Assembly: GCA_010015585.1 (NCBI GenBank)
Contig: ML975151.1
Origin: Eremomyces bilateralis CBS 781.70
Taxonomy: Eukaryota
Direction: 5' to 3' (one strand)
DNA: 64,000 nucleotides
The position numbers were made by a program, and so were the translations under genes. The notes under the pieces are model-generated. The model was not told the origin of the DNA, searched no databases, and worked only from the letters and a program-made list of their open reading frames with translations. Positions within the stretch are counted from its first letter, which is position 1. Each line of letters opens with the position of its first letter. Shown piece by piece: positions 12,822 to 26,738 of this stretch.

Positions 12822-14562
12822 GGTGACTGGTTATAGGGAGCGTTGAGGACGGAACAATGGAGAAGTGAAGCCAATGCTACGTAGAATGGAGGGTTGACTA
12901 GAGGCGTTGGATATTGGGACTGGGTCGCTCCAAGGGACAAGCGAACATAATGGGGTCCACGCGCAAGAGGTCTACACAGGGCGGGATCCAAGGATTTAAA
13001 TGAACGTAGAGGGCGAATGAACGACCAAAGAAAGGGGAAGCAAAGATCAAGGGCCAAAGGTCAAAGGTCCTTATAGCATGGTGGACGGTATGATATATAG
13101 GAGGGCAAAGGGAGAGGAGGGGAGTGGTTGGAGAGGAGATTTGGGGGAGACGAGTTGACAATTATTGACAAGCCAATGTGCAGCAGCAGCCATGAACCTT
13201 CTTGATTGGGGAGATCAGCAACGGTGACCGCTTTGACCGCTGTGGCTGCAATAGGAACTAATACGAACTAATTAATACGGAGTAGTTACGGAAGACTTCA
13301 TTCGTACTGAACAACACAAGTCACGACGGCATAAAACAATGAAACAGTGAAACAGTGAAACATGCATATTGCACCAGCATGGAATCTCCGCATTTCCCTC
13401 CAGATTAATATGTGATGTGCAGCTTTCATAGGTAGGACATAGTCACATAGACCATAGTTAATATCACACTTCACAATTCAGATCACATGAACACAGGGGA
13501 TGCGTTACACATGATAGTCCATCACGTGCCCACCCCTCCAAGATTATTGATTTCTGTTCCAACGGAAAAACTTGCCAACAGAAGGTGCCATCACCCGCAG
13601 CTACCACCCGCCGATCCACCCCCATTAGTGGCCTACAGTTATGTGCGAATCACATACGATCGATCGTCTTTCTTTTAGGAAAGCTCATCTCCGGAGAGTG
13701 ACTACGACAACTACGTCGCACAGTAATTGGTAATTGTTGCCAAAGATGTTCTCATTCTTGGTGAAATACAATACACGTCCAATTCCGATGCAAATCCAAT
13801 CCAGTATCCGAGTCGTATACACATCCGTCCGCGTCTGGGACAGTCTCACTCTTAGTCCATGCCGTGATCCCCAGCAACCCGCTGGGTATGCTATGACCTA
13901 TGACCTATGTACTCCCCGTCAGTGGCACCTATCCACATGACGCCGGCTGTCTGACCTGCCGTTGACAGTCAAGCATGCGCCAATCCAAAGCCTCCAACGC
14001 GAGCTCCGGTCGCGATCCGTAGTATCGAGGGGCAAGGAAACTCCCCTCTGACAATCGGGGGAACATGTGGGGTATCCAGGCACCAGTCGCACACCCCAAG
14101 GAAACTCCGAAGCCCTAACGTATTGGGTCGTCCATGTCCAACCCCCGAAACAAACCAACGCCACGAGTGTGACACTTGAAGGGAGTCGTCCAACTGAGGG
14201 TTCTTCTCCTTCCAATCTAGGGAAAATAAAACAAGGTCCGAAAGTGAAAATGGCGTGGTTAGCAGGGAGAATCCGTCCCGCTGCCGGAAATGCACACGCG
14301 GTAGGTACTGGCATGGATCGAAACGCCCCGTGCAATGCAACCGAGCCAGTGGGATGTGCATCCGCCTTGCCGTTGCAAATTTGCATATATGAGATTCGTG
14401 CAGGAAAGAAATGTAAGCAGTGAATACCGAAAAAGGCACTAAGGCCCCAAACTCCATGATGCCCGATTGGTAGCAACAAGAAAGCCAGGGAGTGTTTGGT
14501 GAGGATCCGGGAGCGGTAAATGCCCATGAACCTCCGCATTACGCCTACGAGGTTGGATATAT

Positions 14563-17500
14563 TCAATATTTCGGTGAACTCGGTAACCGGGGATTCGGGG
14601 GCGTTGCCATGCGAGCAATCGGCGGCGTGCTCATCCTCGGGCTGGCAGCCGGCGAGCCCCTCTTGGACGACCCACCGGATCGCTGCCGTTGCATGGGAAC
14701 GGTCGTAAGGGAGGCGCGCTTGGCCTCTCGCTCGGCAGCGGCTCGTTGCAGCTTTTGCGTCTCTAACTTGCGTCGGAGGTTTTTGTGGCGGGATTTGGCG
14801 TATTCGAGAACTGCATTGGACGAATGTTAGCGAATGAACGGGATATGAAAGATACAAAGCCACACAAGGTCGTGGAGCATGGAATTGAAGAACCTAAGGA
14901 ACATACCCTTTTCGATCGACGATCGATCATCTCTTTCGATCCCCGTAATCGCCTCGGTTGCCTCTTGATTATCGCCAACCTCTAACACCACCTCCAACAT
15001 CCTGATCGCGGTCATATAACACACATCGCACCCTTCCAGGTCCTGGTTCATTAAATCATTTACAGCTGCCTGTTGGCACATCTCGTGTGCGCGTTCGTAC
15101 ATGATCTTCTCGGCCGTGACCCCAGTCGATAAGAAGACCCGCTCCATGGATGCGACCACTCCGCTGTTGTGGCTGATGTCGGACCGACTGATGCTGTCGT
15201 GCGGATGGTTGTTTGGATGCCCAGGATGATTTAACGGGAGCTTGTTCTGCGCGTCCTTTAGCTTATGCATGGCGAAGTCCGCTTTCTCCCCACACTCGTT
15301 ATATCTCGCACGACCCCATTGGATGACATTGTTGATGCGCCTGAACATGGGCGGTGGCTCCGACGACGATCCAGGACGCGACCCGGATGGTTCGGAACTA
15401 GGGCCGGGTACGGTGTTCTTCTGCCTTCCCCACCAGTTCCCGCCGATATCGATCACGCGCTCAAGCATTTCGAGCGCTTTGATATAAAGCACGAGAGCCT
15501 CTTCGCAGATGGTGATGATGATGTCGACCGTGAAGCCATCGTCATCGGTGTCGTTGGCCTCTTGATCGCCGACTTTAGGGTCTCCGGCACCAAGGCCGAG
15601 GCCGAGACCACGGTTCTCTGAGGGCGGAGCTGGGACCAATTGACGATACTTTACTTCCGCAAAGCCGTATACAACGTCGCTGCGGGACGCGAGCTCTTCG
15701 AGGTACAAGACAATCTTCGCATCTTCATCTTTGGGCTCACTTTCGACCTTTCCGCCGTCCCCAACAACTACGAGGCTGCTCTGCCCGACCGTAGGGTATG
15801 TGGGGAAACCGGCATAACCTTTGGGGGGGGATAACCGGCCGGGTGGTGAGAACCCCATGCCTAGATTCAGGAGTCGAATGTTTGCCATATTCAGAGCTTT
15901 TGAAATCGTAGAGGTGGCGGAGCCAGGGCTCGGACCGTACCGTCGTTCATATGAAATGCCTTGCGGATGGTCAGGGGTTTGCTTGTTTGCGATTGCAATG
16001 GCCCGTGTCGGGTTTGTATCAGCACCTGTCGTTGAAGTGGGTTGTCCCTGTGTCGTGGCCCGACGAATCACCACGGGTTGTTGTCGCTTGCGTAATTCCC
16101 CTGGCTGATCTCGCTGAATGTGAGGACTATAGTTCAGTTCGTCCGCCAAAGCATTGATCTCCAGCTGTCGTCTGTCAACCACCACGTAATCACGTTCAAA
16201 CGCCACATCATGTGCGGCTTTTTCCCGTTCACGCGCTTCCCGGTCTCGCGCTTCCCTCACCACCCGTTCCTCGGCCCCTTTCGGGGTTCGTTCGCGGTCA
16301 AGGTGCTCCTTGAGTACGGAAGCAGTCGGCGATGCGCGGCTGTTGCGGCGCTCCATCAGCATGGCTGCAGCTACGGGGGTACGTTCGCGCTCCGGGGCAC
16401 GTTCGCGCTCCGGGGCTGCTAGTGGCGCCGTCGCGGGTGCCGTTGCGTGACCGGTCATGGTCGGACGACGATCAGTTCTCTCGGGGAGTTGGACATCTTT
16501 AGCGGAGGTTGGAGGGGTTGAAAAACGCTCCTCCCGGGATGATGGCCTTGATGTGTTGATGACTGGGGTTCCGGAGGCAGGTCGGGCAGGCTTTTGCGAG
16601 GATGTGGCACGGTGACTAGATGGGATGCTCTCTGGCTTAGATCGTTCCCTAGCCTCTCGAGAGAAGCTCGATGACTGTCTTTGCAGTGAACTGATTGAGG
16701 CCGATTTCGATGCCTGTGCAGCATCTTCGCCTACGAGATTGGGGATCTCGTCCACGACCGCCGGATGTTCGAACAGTCGCTCAAAACTCATGCGCTGTGT
16801 GGCAGATGATTTGAGAAGACCCCGGATGAGGTGGTCCACCGGTTCGCTAATCGCCATGCCCTCGACATACTCGACATTGTCGCGATTTTTCTGGATCTTT
16901 TTTAACAGATCCACATGATTGCTAGCCCGAAATGGAGGTCTGCCGACCATCATCTCATAGATCACAGTGCCGACCGACCAAAGATCAGCCTTGGCATCGT
17001 ACCGCTGATATGAGAGGATCTCGGGAGCCATGTATAGGGGCGATCCACAAAGCGTCTCTGCCATGGATGTTTTCGGCAATGATCGGGCAAAGCCGAAATC
17101 GGCGATTTTCAACACTGGCAAAGATTCCAGTCCGACCGAGGGAAGAAATGAGCCCTTGCTTGCCGACATGGGCATCTGATCGGATTTGTGTTTCGCGTAC
17201 CAGAGCGGGGACGGGACGAGGAGGAGGTTTTGGGGTTTGATGTCCCGATGGACGCAGTTCCGATGATAGAGGAACTCCAGCGCGCAGACGATTTGCTTTA
17301 GAAAATGGCGGACAATCACCTCGTTCAGGCCGCCAACCGGCGGGTTGGGATATTTTTTCATCATCTCCGCCGTGGTGACGTGCTGGTGGAGGGTGTCGCG
17401 GCATTTGATAAACTGGGATAGATCGCCCAGTTCGCAGAACTCGGTGACGATATGTATATACAACGTCTCCTTGACGCACCTGATGAGAGCGACGACATGA

Positions 17501-17859
17501 GGGTGGTGCATGCTGTGTAGCATTGCAATCTCCGCCTCGAGGTTTTCTCGGAGTTTCTTGCTCAACTTGGATAGGTTGACGGACTTGATTGCAACGACGG
17601 TGCCGCGTTCCTACATAGGCCGCGTTAGTGAGGGGATCCAAGCCATGAATCACCGTGGGAGCTCCTCTTTATCAAGATCCACGGGGTGGGGGGCACGAGA
17701 TTTCCTATTTACCATATGAACGCCCCTGTAGACCCTCGCGAAGCTACCTTTCCCAACTTCGTCCATCCGTCGGAACTGACCGACTATTACGGGCGCGCTA
17801 GAGGCCACGGTCCGACGCGAGCTCGAGCTCGAGCTCGATGGAGGCGGTCGTGCAGCCAT
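14563..17859 (-). CDS. ATG1: Autophagy Ser/Thr kinase Atg1
   Basis: VGKGSFARVY, HRDIKPQNLLL, KIADFGFARSLP, ETLCGSPLYMAPE, FERDYVVV, C-terminal MIT-like EEALVLYIKAL and AEKIMYERA; introns near 17712-17611 and 14905-14811; last exon ends ...PSSPKY*. Confidence 0.96.
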
Positions 17860-19842
17860 AGTGAACGTCCAATCTCGGCGGCGACAGCCGCGATGCGGCG
17901 GATGACGATCGACTCGACCGGATGTCTCCCCGTGCACTACGTACTACCAGTGAAGATGAGGGTACAGCGTAGCGGTCAAACGATTGGACATGGATGCAGT
18001 GGAGGTTGAGGGTATCCGAACGAGCGACGATGGTGTAGATTGCCTTGGTGTCGTTACGAGGGATATACGTCGAAGGGATATACCTCGAGTATTATGTTTG
18101 ATCGGTCGTCTATGTTCAAGGTGAACGAAAGGGTCGTTGAAGAAGTCGGGTGTTCGGGATCGGTGGCCAACACCAGCGATCCACGGAGCGGATTGGTGTT
18201 GGGAACTGGGACAGGGACCGTTGGACGTCGATGTCGAGATGGCGAGGGGATATGTCGAGGTGTGGGGAGGGGGGCGAATGATATTGGCTTATCAAGTGAT
18301 GGCGGGCGTGGTGTGCAGCCAGGCAGCTATCAGGTCCCACTTCCCAGGCACCAGGCCGTTAATCGACGTTCCAGGTCTGTTATCAGGTGCGGGTTGGTGG
18401 GATATTGAGGGCTGTGGGGATGGAGACTCGCAGGGTGGAAGGAAAGAAGTAGATTAGATGGTGTGCAGACATGCAGCGATGAGAATAGAAAAGGAAGTAC
18501 AGGTATCTAATATAGTATGGAGGTATGATGGGTAATGATGGCTCAGGTGTAGGCGGAGCGGGTATCATGAGTTCAAGGCTGAGCAGTCGAGGAACGGAAG
18601 AGGAGTTGAGATGAGTGGATGGAAGCGGGCGTCAGGAGGGCGAGGAGGAGGGGAGGAGGAGGAGGATGAGGATTGATGGTGGTGATGATCGAGATAGCCA
18701 AAGGGTGGTGGTGACTTGGAGTAGCCAGTGACAGAGTCAGGTGTGAGCCAAAGTCAAGGTCAAGGTGGAGGTTTGACTCCTCACTCCTCTCTGGGACGAT
18801 GCAGTGCAGTAGTGTTGAGAGTCTGGGCCTCTGGGGTGGTGGTGTGGGACTGTGGGTGAAGAGGGTGTGGTGGAGTACTCCATATTCCCTCCTCCGTCCG
18901 TCCCGACCAGAATATTTAATATTAATCACGACAAAGGGAGGCTAGCACTATTGATCCTCACATATCCCGATTACCGGAATAGTTGGGATTACTAGCTATA
19001 GGATTTACTATTTGATTGCAATGAACGTTAATCACCATGCTGATCCGGCTGCCGCAGTGATCTGCTGCACAGGCAAGTGCCTGATGACTAGAAACTCTAG
19101 TCACATGTATGATGCAACTGCACGTGAGCAACAGCAACTGCAAGGCTTATAAGGTGTTAAGGCACATATGACACTCCTTGCATGCTTCCACCACGTGACT
19201 AGGTTCCACAATCCTAATCCATTCATTCTCGAGTTCTCGACTGAATTAAACACTGAATTGCACTGACTGAATGGAACTGAATGTACACGAACCAGAACTC
19301 ACTTAAGGCTGAACCCAAACTTCCTGAATGCATGGTTTATAAGACTATCCCGGTCCTTTTCAAGCTCTCCAAACTCTTCCAAGCTGCAACCAATACAGTG
19401 TGACTGATCAGTGCCGAGATTGACGGCGACCTTTGTCTAGAAGCGCTCTCGTTAGGCATTGGTGATGGTGGAAGAGGTGGACTACACTGGTGCACGTCCG
19501 GGAGAGTAGGATCTGATTGGAAATTTCCTTGATTACTACCTGAATATGACTGCTACGGAACCGATGCATTAACTCAATGCCACACCATGACATTTTGTCT
19601 AGAAATGGAACAATGTATGATCCGATCCAGGTCTAATGAGAAGAAATGAAACCACCCAAAGCAAAAACTCCAGTACCAACTCCTTGTCCTAACGCCTCAT
19701 AGCCCAGCCTGATTTGCGCGCATGGCAAATATCCCAAATGAAACCCCATGTTTTTCCTTGCTCCGTCGCTCTCAATGTAAGCTCGAAAGTGCCGCTTTCT
19801 CGGAAATTCTCTTAACTTCCACGCGGGTTACGCGGCCGAGAA

Positions 19843-21341
19843 TCAATCATCAGCATCATATTCCGTCTGGTTGTCCCGCTTTGGGCCATCCTTGCGGATG
19901 GGAATTTTGATGCCTTGACCGGCGAAGACCTTGCTGAGCGGGGTGCTTTCGATGACCCCGGGGAATTTCTTCGCGCTGTACACTTGGAACTGCTGCGAGT
20001 ACACCGTTGCTAGCACAGGCGCCTTGCTGGTGTTCAGGTTCCCATGTCCGTCACCGACGTCGACGAAGGACATCTTGAGGCGGAATCCCCCTTCCGTGCG
20101 GACCGACAAATCTTGGAGCACAAACCAGAAGCCGACATGGCCTTCGGTGTCGTTCAACTTGAACGCATTGACAGAAAGACTGCCGATAAGATTGCGCGTG
20201 AACATGCCGACTTGCTGCTGGCTGACCGGGATCGGGATTGCGTGGACGGTCTGATAGCCTGGTGGCTGCGAGGCCGGCATTTGAGCCTGCAGGTAGCCCA
20301 TCTGCATCCCGCTTTGATGCTGTTGTTGTTGAGGCGGTGCACCTCCCGCTTGGGTCATCGCGGTCGGAGTTGGAGGCATGCTTTGTTGTTGTTGATAGTG
20401 CTGTGGATAATCAGGATGAGGGCTGGCATGCTGGGGGGTTTGCGGCATTGATCCCTGTGGCCCCGATCCAGCCGACGCATATCCCATGTGCGGGGGAGGG
20501 GGAAGGGAGTGGACCGACCCCATGGTTGAGACCTGCGTGGGATTAAGGAGACCAATGTACGCACGCTCTGGCGGAGGGGGATATCCGCAGACGGTAGAGG
20601 TGCTGATCGACACCGCAGGGGAGTTGGATGAATGGCGAACCAGGTTCACTTCCTGGGTGCCCTCCTCATTCCACAAGTCAACGTTGAGCACGAAATACGT
20701 GGAGTCAATATCCCTATCAGATATCAGCATGAAACTGAACACCGTGGCGATTCTGGTCGTACCCAGGGTTGATTTCCTCTCCAGTCTTCACGTCCGTGAT
20801 AATGAGACGAATGCATGGAGGAGGAGTGATGGGTCGACGATCCTAAATGGCAGCGGATTAGCGACCAGCTTCAACGGGACAAGCATGGGCTCTGACATAC
20901 TTTATCGCCAAAGCCGCACATTCGTGCGCGAACGGGCTGCTGTGCAATGTGCAAGCTGAATTTCTTTCCATCTCGAATCGCTTCTAGAGGAGCGAGAGGT
21001 CTTCGAGACTGTTGGGGAGGGATTGGCATCTGAGGATATCCAGGAGGCATCTGTCCGGGCATCCCACCGTGCATCTGTCCTGGCATCTGTCCCGAAACCT
21101 GGCCTGGCATCTGTCCCGAAACCTGGCCTGGCATCTGTCCTGGCATCTGGCTTTGCATCTGCCCTTGCATCTGCCCTTGCATCTGCCCTTGCATTTGTCC
21201 TGGCATCTGCCCTTGCATCTGGCCTGCCATCTGGCCGGGCATATGTGCACCCTGCATTCCCGGGTGGACCGGGCCGCCTTGGATCGTGCCGCCAGACATG
21301 CCGGGGCCAGGAAGAACATGCAACGGTGGTTGTTGCATCAT
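19843..21341 (-). CDS. velB: Velvet family regulator VelB
   Basis: QQPVRARMCGFGDK|DRRPITPPPC, FVLNVDLW, split velvet domain with Q/P-rich insertion, FTRNLIGSL, WFVLQDLSVRTEG, VYSAKKFPGVIESTPLSK, QGIKIPIRKD; 2 introns. Confidence 0.93.
21046..21245 (-). repeat. 12-bp coding minisatellite (GQMQ/GQMP/GQVS)n in the VelB N-terminus
   Basis: Repeated ggcatctgtcct / tgcatctgccct units on the + strand. Confidence 0.9.
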
Positions 21342-23320
21342 GGATATGGTTCTGTTGCGGTGATATGACGTTCGAGTAGGAATGGGAAAGGGAATGGGAC
21401 GACGTCCGTTCGGCGTAGCAGTCGGTTACAGCGCCGTGGGTGGGGGAATTCTAGCGGAGTCGGTGGGAAGGAATTGGAAGAGGAATGAGATGGGGAGGAG
21501 AGCTGAGCTGAGAGGTGAGAGGTGGTCGGAGAGGGTTATATACTATGGTACCGGAGGGTTGAAAGGACCGATTAGGAAATATAGCGGTACGGTAGCCAAT
21601 TCAACATCGAACCATGGAGCTCTGGGACCAGGCGCGCCGATGATGCATTGCGAGCGGGACAATACCGATGTCCGATGATGGTCTGGATGGAACGGAGTAA
21701 TAGAGTGTGGGTGAGATACGACAAGTAAGGGACAACCAGCCCAACATTAATAGACACTGGTGAGAGAAGTGTCAACTGAGGAGGCCGTCGGTGTGGTGAA
21801 GAGTGAAGTGGATGAGATGAAATGGAAACTGGTGAACCAAGACGCCAGACTGGACATGGATGGACAGGACAGGGACGTTGACGGTTGAAGTTGCCTCAGC
21901 AGCTTCGGTGCAAGTCGGGGTTAAGGCGTTAAGGCATAAAGGTGTCAACTCCATGGCCAAGCTGGACAGGGGCTGTACATGTATTAGTGTACCATAGTTG
22001 TATTAGTGTACCACGGCTAGTACATCATAGCCAGTGGAAATCTGGAACGTCAGCTCAGCTCGGGTTTTGTGTGGGTGAGAATTTACACTAATGGAGCTTG
22101 AACCCAAAACTAAACTTCATTTCATCATTACTGTACATGGTAGGTAGCGCGGACCAATGATCATTCGTCCATTCCCCAAATGACTCAGGACGTGCAGCGA
22201 TTTGTTCGGTACTTGCCTACTTGGGTCATGGCCCCATGGGTGCTATGTATTCCCACATCCCCATCATGATCCAGGGGAATGAACCCTGGATTTCCACTCT
22301 GCAGTCTGCACCCTACGTAGTACATCTTTGTTCTGTTCGCCCCCAATCTTCGCCCTGGATCTTCACCCTGGATCCTCACTTCGATAACCTGATTGAGCCA
22401 TTCAGCTTCAGGTCAACGCCTCGAATTGCGATGGCGACATGGACATGGACCTTGCCTTCCTGCCTGGTCGTTATCAATCTTGCTGCTTGCAGCTCACAAC
22501 ATGTGCCGACATCCCCACAGGTCGTCGACTTGGCCTACAGCCTACAGGATCTGATGAATCAGTCCAATTAAACCCATACCGAGTTCTCCCTGAACTCCTG
22601 ATTCATGGTCGTCACTTACCGCTACGGCGCTACGTAATAATAGCTCTAGCCTCCAGGTTGTACCCTCTTTTATCGTGAAAGGGGCTCCTCTCACCAATCA
22701 TCCCCTCTCAGTGAGTTCTCCAGTCTCCTTGCGTACGCCGATCTTCCTTTCCCAAGCCCTTAAGTCACTAAGTGATTATACCCCAGCAACAGGCCAGTAT
22801 GTATCTCGGGAGTGGCGTATGAGATCCCTCCCAGTTCCCACAAACCTCGGAGGCCCAAGCACCCATCTCCGCCTGGGGTCATCCTGGCTGTTGGGTCCTT
22901 GGTGAATGCCGAATGGTGGCTTTGGCAATTGAAAACATGCTTTTGAGGCGACGACAGACCACTTGCTACACCGTTTCAATATGCGCTGTTGAGGCCTTAA
23001 AGGCTTGGATCTGGAAATTGTTAGGCGTCTTTTTCTCGACTCCCTGCATATATCTATTTCCATATTATTCCTTACATAATATGATCGTGCCATCACAACT
23101 TCACGACTTAATAGTTAGTACTCACCCATCCATGTCGGGATGTCGCATTCAGTCCTCGGATTAAACCCTTGATCCCGGTTCAAATTTCCTCGCGGCTCGC
23201 ACAGTCTTAAATCTCTCAATTAACGAGTCCTGACTCATGAGATCCATCTCCAGCGACACACCATCGCGCCGAATACGTCAACAGATCAATGGACCGTCGG
23301 CGAAAATAAACAATACCTAC

Positions 23321-25215
23321 CTAGAACAGGAACCGTTCCAACCTCTTCTCACTCCTCACACTGCGTCTGGTCGCCGTGGAATTTCCGCAGATTCCATCGT
23401 GTTCAGCATTGGGTCCGAAATTGGGCTCAGCGGCATTCTCATTCCCAAGTCGAACCAGTGTCGGTTCTGAGTATTAAGCACGATCAGTACGGTCATGGAC
23501 ACCCGTTTCGCTCTTGCGAAATGCTGGACTCACCGTCATCTTTGTACGCAGGCCACCCGAGTGCGGTCAATCCTCCACTCGGATTCTTTGCGAAACTCGC
23601 CCACGCGGACATCATGCTTTTCATGAGGCGATCTTGCTCGGGACTGTTGGGCTCTTTGCTCGTGAGCTCAGCCGTTCCAAAGACCATGGCAAGCTCCGAT
23701 CCGTGCCAAGCACCTTTGACACCGATATCTTGATTATCGTACTCGCCATAGTACCGGTATCGCCAAGCAGGCACGCCGGCGTTGACTCGCCCATTGACCG
23801 CAGCTTTCGATCCGCACGTAAATTGCTGGTTGACAATCGCAAGCGTGGCGTTGACATTGACCGGCGATCCGGCAGCATTTGCGATGACAATGAAAATTCC
23901 CCCTTCGTTATCGTTGTTTCCGATGAGCACAGGCTGCGTGATGTTCTAGCGTTTGTGTGGTGAAGTGATGCGGACCAAACTTACTGCTTGAATGAAATCC
24001 CCTCGATTTCGCCTGGCTTCGTAGTCAGAGAAGACGATATCTCCATCCGCGACGGGGGTAAAGGGAGTGGAACCGAGTGCTGGAACCGTTCCATTGGGTC
24101 TGGTCGCATCCAGTATTTGTTGAGTCGTCTTCCGTTGCATGCACGCAACAGTTTTATTGCCTACTGATGCTCCTCCACAGCCGATTTTCGCGCTTGCTTC
24201 GTACCAAGCGTCCCTGACGGTGTCGATTGTTACTCCTCGGTTACTGGCCACCCCGGATTGGGCGATAAAGCCGGTCACAATTGGATCTTCCTTATAGGCG
24301 TAGCTGTAGAGGTCCACTGATGCGGCGCCAGCGGACTCCCCAAACAAGATCATGCGATCTGGATCGCCGCCGAAGGCCTTCACATTGTCACGGGCCCATT
24401 CCACTGCGAGTCTCTGGTCACGTAAACCAAGGTTCTGTGCCGCGAGGTCTGGTGCAGAAGGGAAGCCGAAGATGTTCAAACGGTAACTGAACGTCGCGGT
24501 TAGTTTCTGGACTGCGACGAGGTCCTCATCGCGACTGGACTCACTTCATGCTGACCACAACGACGTCTTGATCGTTCGCCAATCGAGCGCCGTTATATAC
24601 CGGGGAGGCCCCGCTTCCAGTGTTGAAGCCTGTCACTCGGTCAGTCTCTGTCGTAGTCGTCATGTCCACACTGAATACCTCCGCCATGGATCCATATCAT
24701 GACCGCCTTTTTCTTTTCGCCTGCCTGCGGTTTCGTCCATACATTGAGATGCAGGCAATCCTCAGATGAGGTTTCATTGACTTGGCTCAGCACTTGGAGC
24801 AATTTCCCTGCTCCTGAGGTGTCGCTCGCATTGACCGTAGCAAGGTTCGCAGGGCAAGATCTAGGACTTGTTAGGATCAGTTATATTATGTCGCTCATTG
24901 ACTCACGCTCCCTTTCCACAATTAGCTGCTTTGAGTCATTTTCGTCTTTCTTGGCTCACTTACAAACTTGTCTGCCTTGATTATCCTGTGTCGATACCCT
25001 TTAATTGGCTTTGCGGCTTCGAACCGTTTCGGCTTCTTAGCATATGGAATTCCCAAGTATTCGGATACTTCTGGCTGCCATGATGAGGCATGGCCTATAA
25101 TCCTACCGCTTGAAGTTCTCACGGTCTCGGGGATGCACCGCGGTCCACCTGCAATCGCGGGTTGTAAGTGTAAGAAGACGCTCAAAGCGAGACTGATCTG
25201 AGGGAGAAAGAGCAT
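23321..25215 (-). CDS. Secreted type-B carboxylesterase
   Basis: Signal peptide MLFLPQISLALSVFLHLQPAIA, YLGIPYA, SEDCLHLNVWT, WIHGG, FGGDPDRMILFGESAG, NEG and WHGSE triad residues; several introns. Confidence 0.93.
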
Positions 25216-26035
25216 GTTTCTTGTGTGGCACGTTCGATCTGCCGACGCTCTCAAAATAGCCAATATCCGACCTGAATCTCGAGAGGAACTAGCAGTACCT
25301 ATCTCCAGCTCTTAAATAAACATAAGAAATCGACCATATATTAAACTCCCTAGATCTCTATGCAGGTACAATGGCTCTAAATTATAATAGGCACGGTAAC
25401 CTTGCCGGACTACTCGGCTGTTTCAAATATATTGGTCTGCGCTCGGACAATTCGTTACTAACATGAAGTCATTAAAGTTATCGGACTTTTGAAGAGTTCC
25501 AGCCTTTGCAATACTCCGTGGCTATGCTATTCGCGGAGGTGCAAAGGTTGGTGTTTGGAACCAATATTGGAAGTTTGGTGTTCCATATGATCGTTTGGTT
25601 ACGATGACTTTGTAAATAGAATGTAGAGCAAGTATGCCAAGGAGTCGCCTTACCAGCTCAATCAATTCCGTATTATCGAGCACGGTCTTCAGTCTGGAGG
25701 TCCGTGTAGGTACTTGGATGTCTTGGAATGGGGTCGATCCGGTCTGATATTCGTGATCTCCTTACCCAGTTAGGACCGAGCCGAGGCCATGAATAGCCAT
25801 TATAAATCAGGCGTGAGGAGGATTCGACCACGACTCACGACACGGTTACTATCACTGATCCGGAGTTGTGAGAAACAAGGATATTTATTGAAGCATAAGG
25901 TCTGGTCCATTTAAGATAGAAACACACGTAGCCTGGTCAAACTTGCAGCAACCGCATGACAGTCGACACACTGAAAACCTGCGCAATATCTTGCTCATTC
26001 TTATTGGAGACGTCCCAATCACCACCAGAGTAATA

Positions 26036-26738
26036 TCAGGACGCTGCAACAACAGCAGAAATGATAGCAATCACCGCAATAGTTTCTTCCTTGTGATCTT
26101 TGATCCAGTCAAGAACCCAATCAACGACTTTTCCGAAATTCCATGCTGCAGTAGCGAAACAGCTCAAAGATTCGGGATTCTCATTGATGCTTTGCCAATT
26201 ATTCTTGACGTTCGTGTTGGTAACGGTCTTGTCTGTGATATCTCGGTGGCAGGATTTCGCCTTTCAGCAAACTTCGCGTTGCGGTCGACAGTATAAAGCC
26301 TGCCTGCCTTGTCCTTTACAGAACATAGAACGGCATACTTGTATGGGCCCATCGACGTCGGTTGTTGACCTCAGTGTAGAACCGAACTTTCCCATCCTTG
26401 TGCAAGGTGACATCAGCTCTGACATTGATATTCCTTCCGACTTTAAAGTTGATGTTGGGGTGCTTCTCCCAATGAATTGACGCCGGAAGCTTACGCTTCT
26501 CCAGCGGGCCCTCCCTTGGAAGTGACCCTTCGTCGATCGCGCTCTGCCCTTCGTCTTCGAATGCACCCTCGTCGCCGCCAGTGTCCTGGCCCTCTGGTAG
26601 AGGAATCGGTATCGAAATAGGGACGTCATTAGGGATCGTGGAGCTCACTGCCGGAACACTGGAAGGTTCCACGGCTGGAAAGGCGGCCACGAGCCCAACG
26701 AGGAATGGAAGGATGGGGATGAGGAGCTGGACCTTCAT
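26036..26738 (-). pseudogene. Small secreted protein (signal + acidic pro-region + LEKR) interrupted by two frameshifts
   Basis: Protein-like sequence runs across three frames: ...FYTEVNNRR / GPYKYAVLCSVKDKAGRLYTVDR... / DKTVTNTNVKNNWQSI...LSCFATAAWNFGKVVDWVLDWIK...VAAS*; no intron found that restores frame. Confidence 0.65.

Noticed and set aside
13919..14863. 314-aa minus-strand ORF downstream of ATG1
   Set aside because: Overlaps the true ATG1 last exon in another frame and the probable 3' UTR; no motifs
20984..21379. Cys-rich and LAWH-repeat ORFs
   Set aside because: Alternative-frame translations of the velB minisatellite
25805..25870. GGTCGAATCC resembling a tRNA T-loop (minus strand)
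   Set aside because: No T-stem pairing or cloverleaf
26230..26370. Programmed ribosomal frameshifting in the secreted gene
   Set aside because: No X XXY YYZ slippery site seen; two successive shifts are better explained by indels
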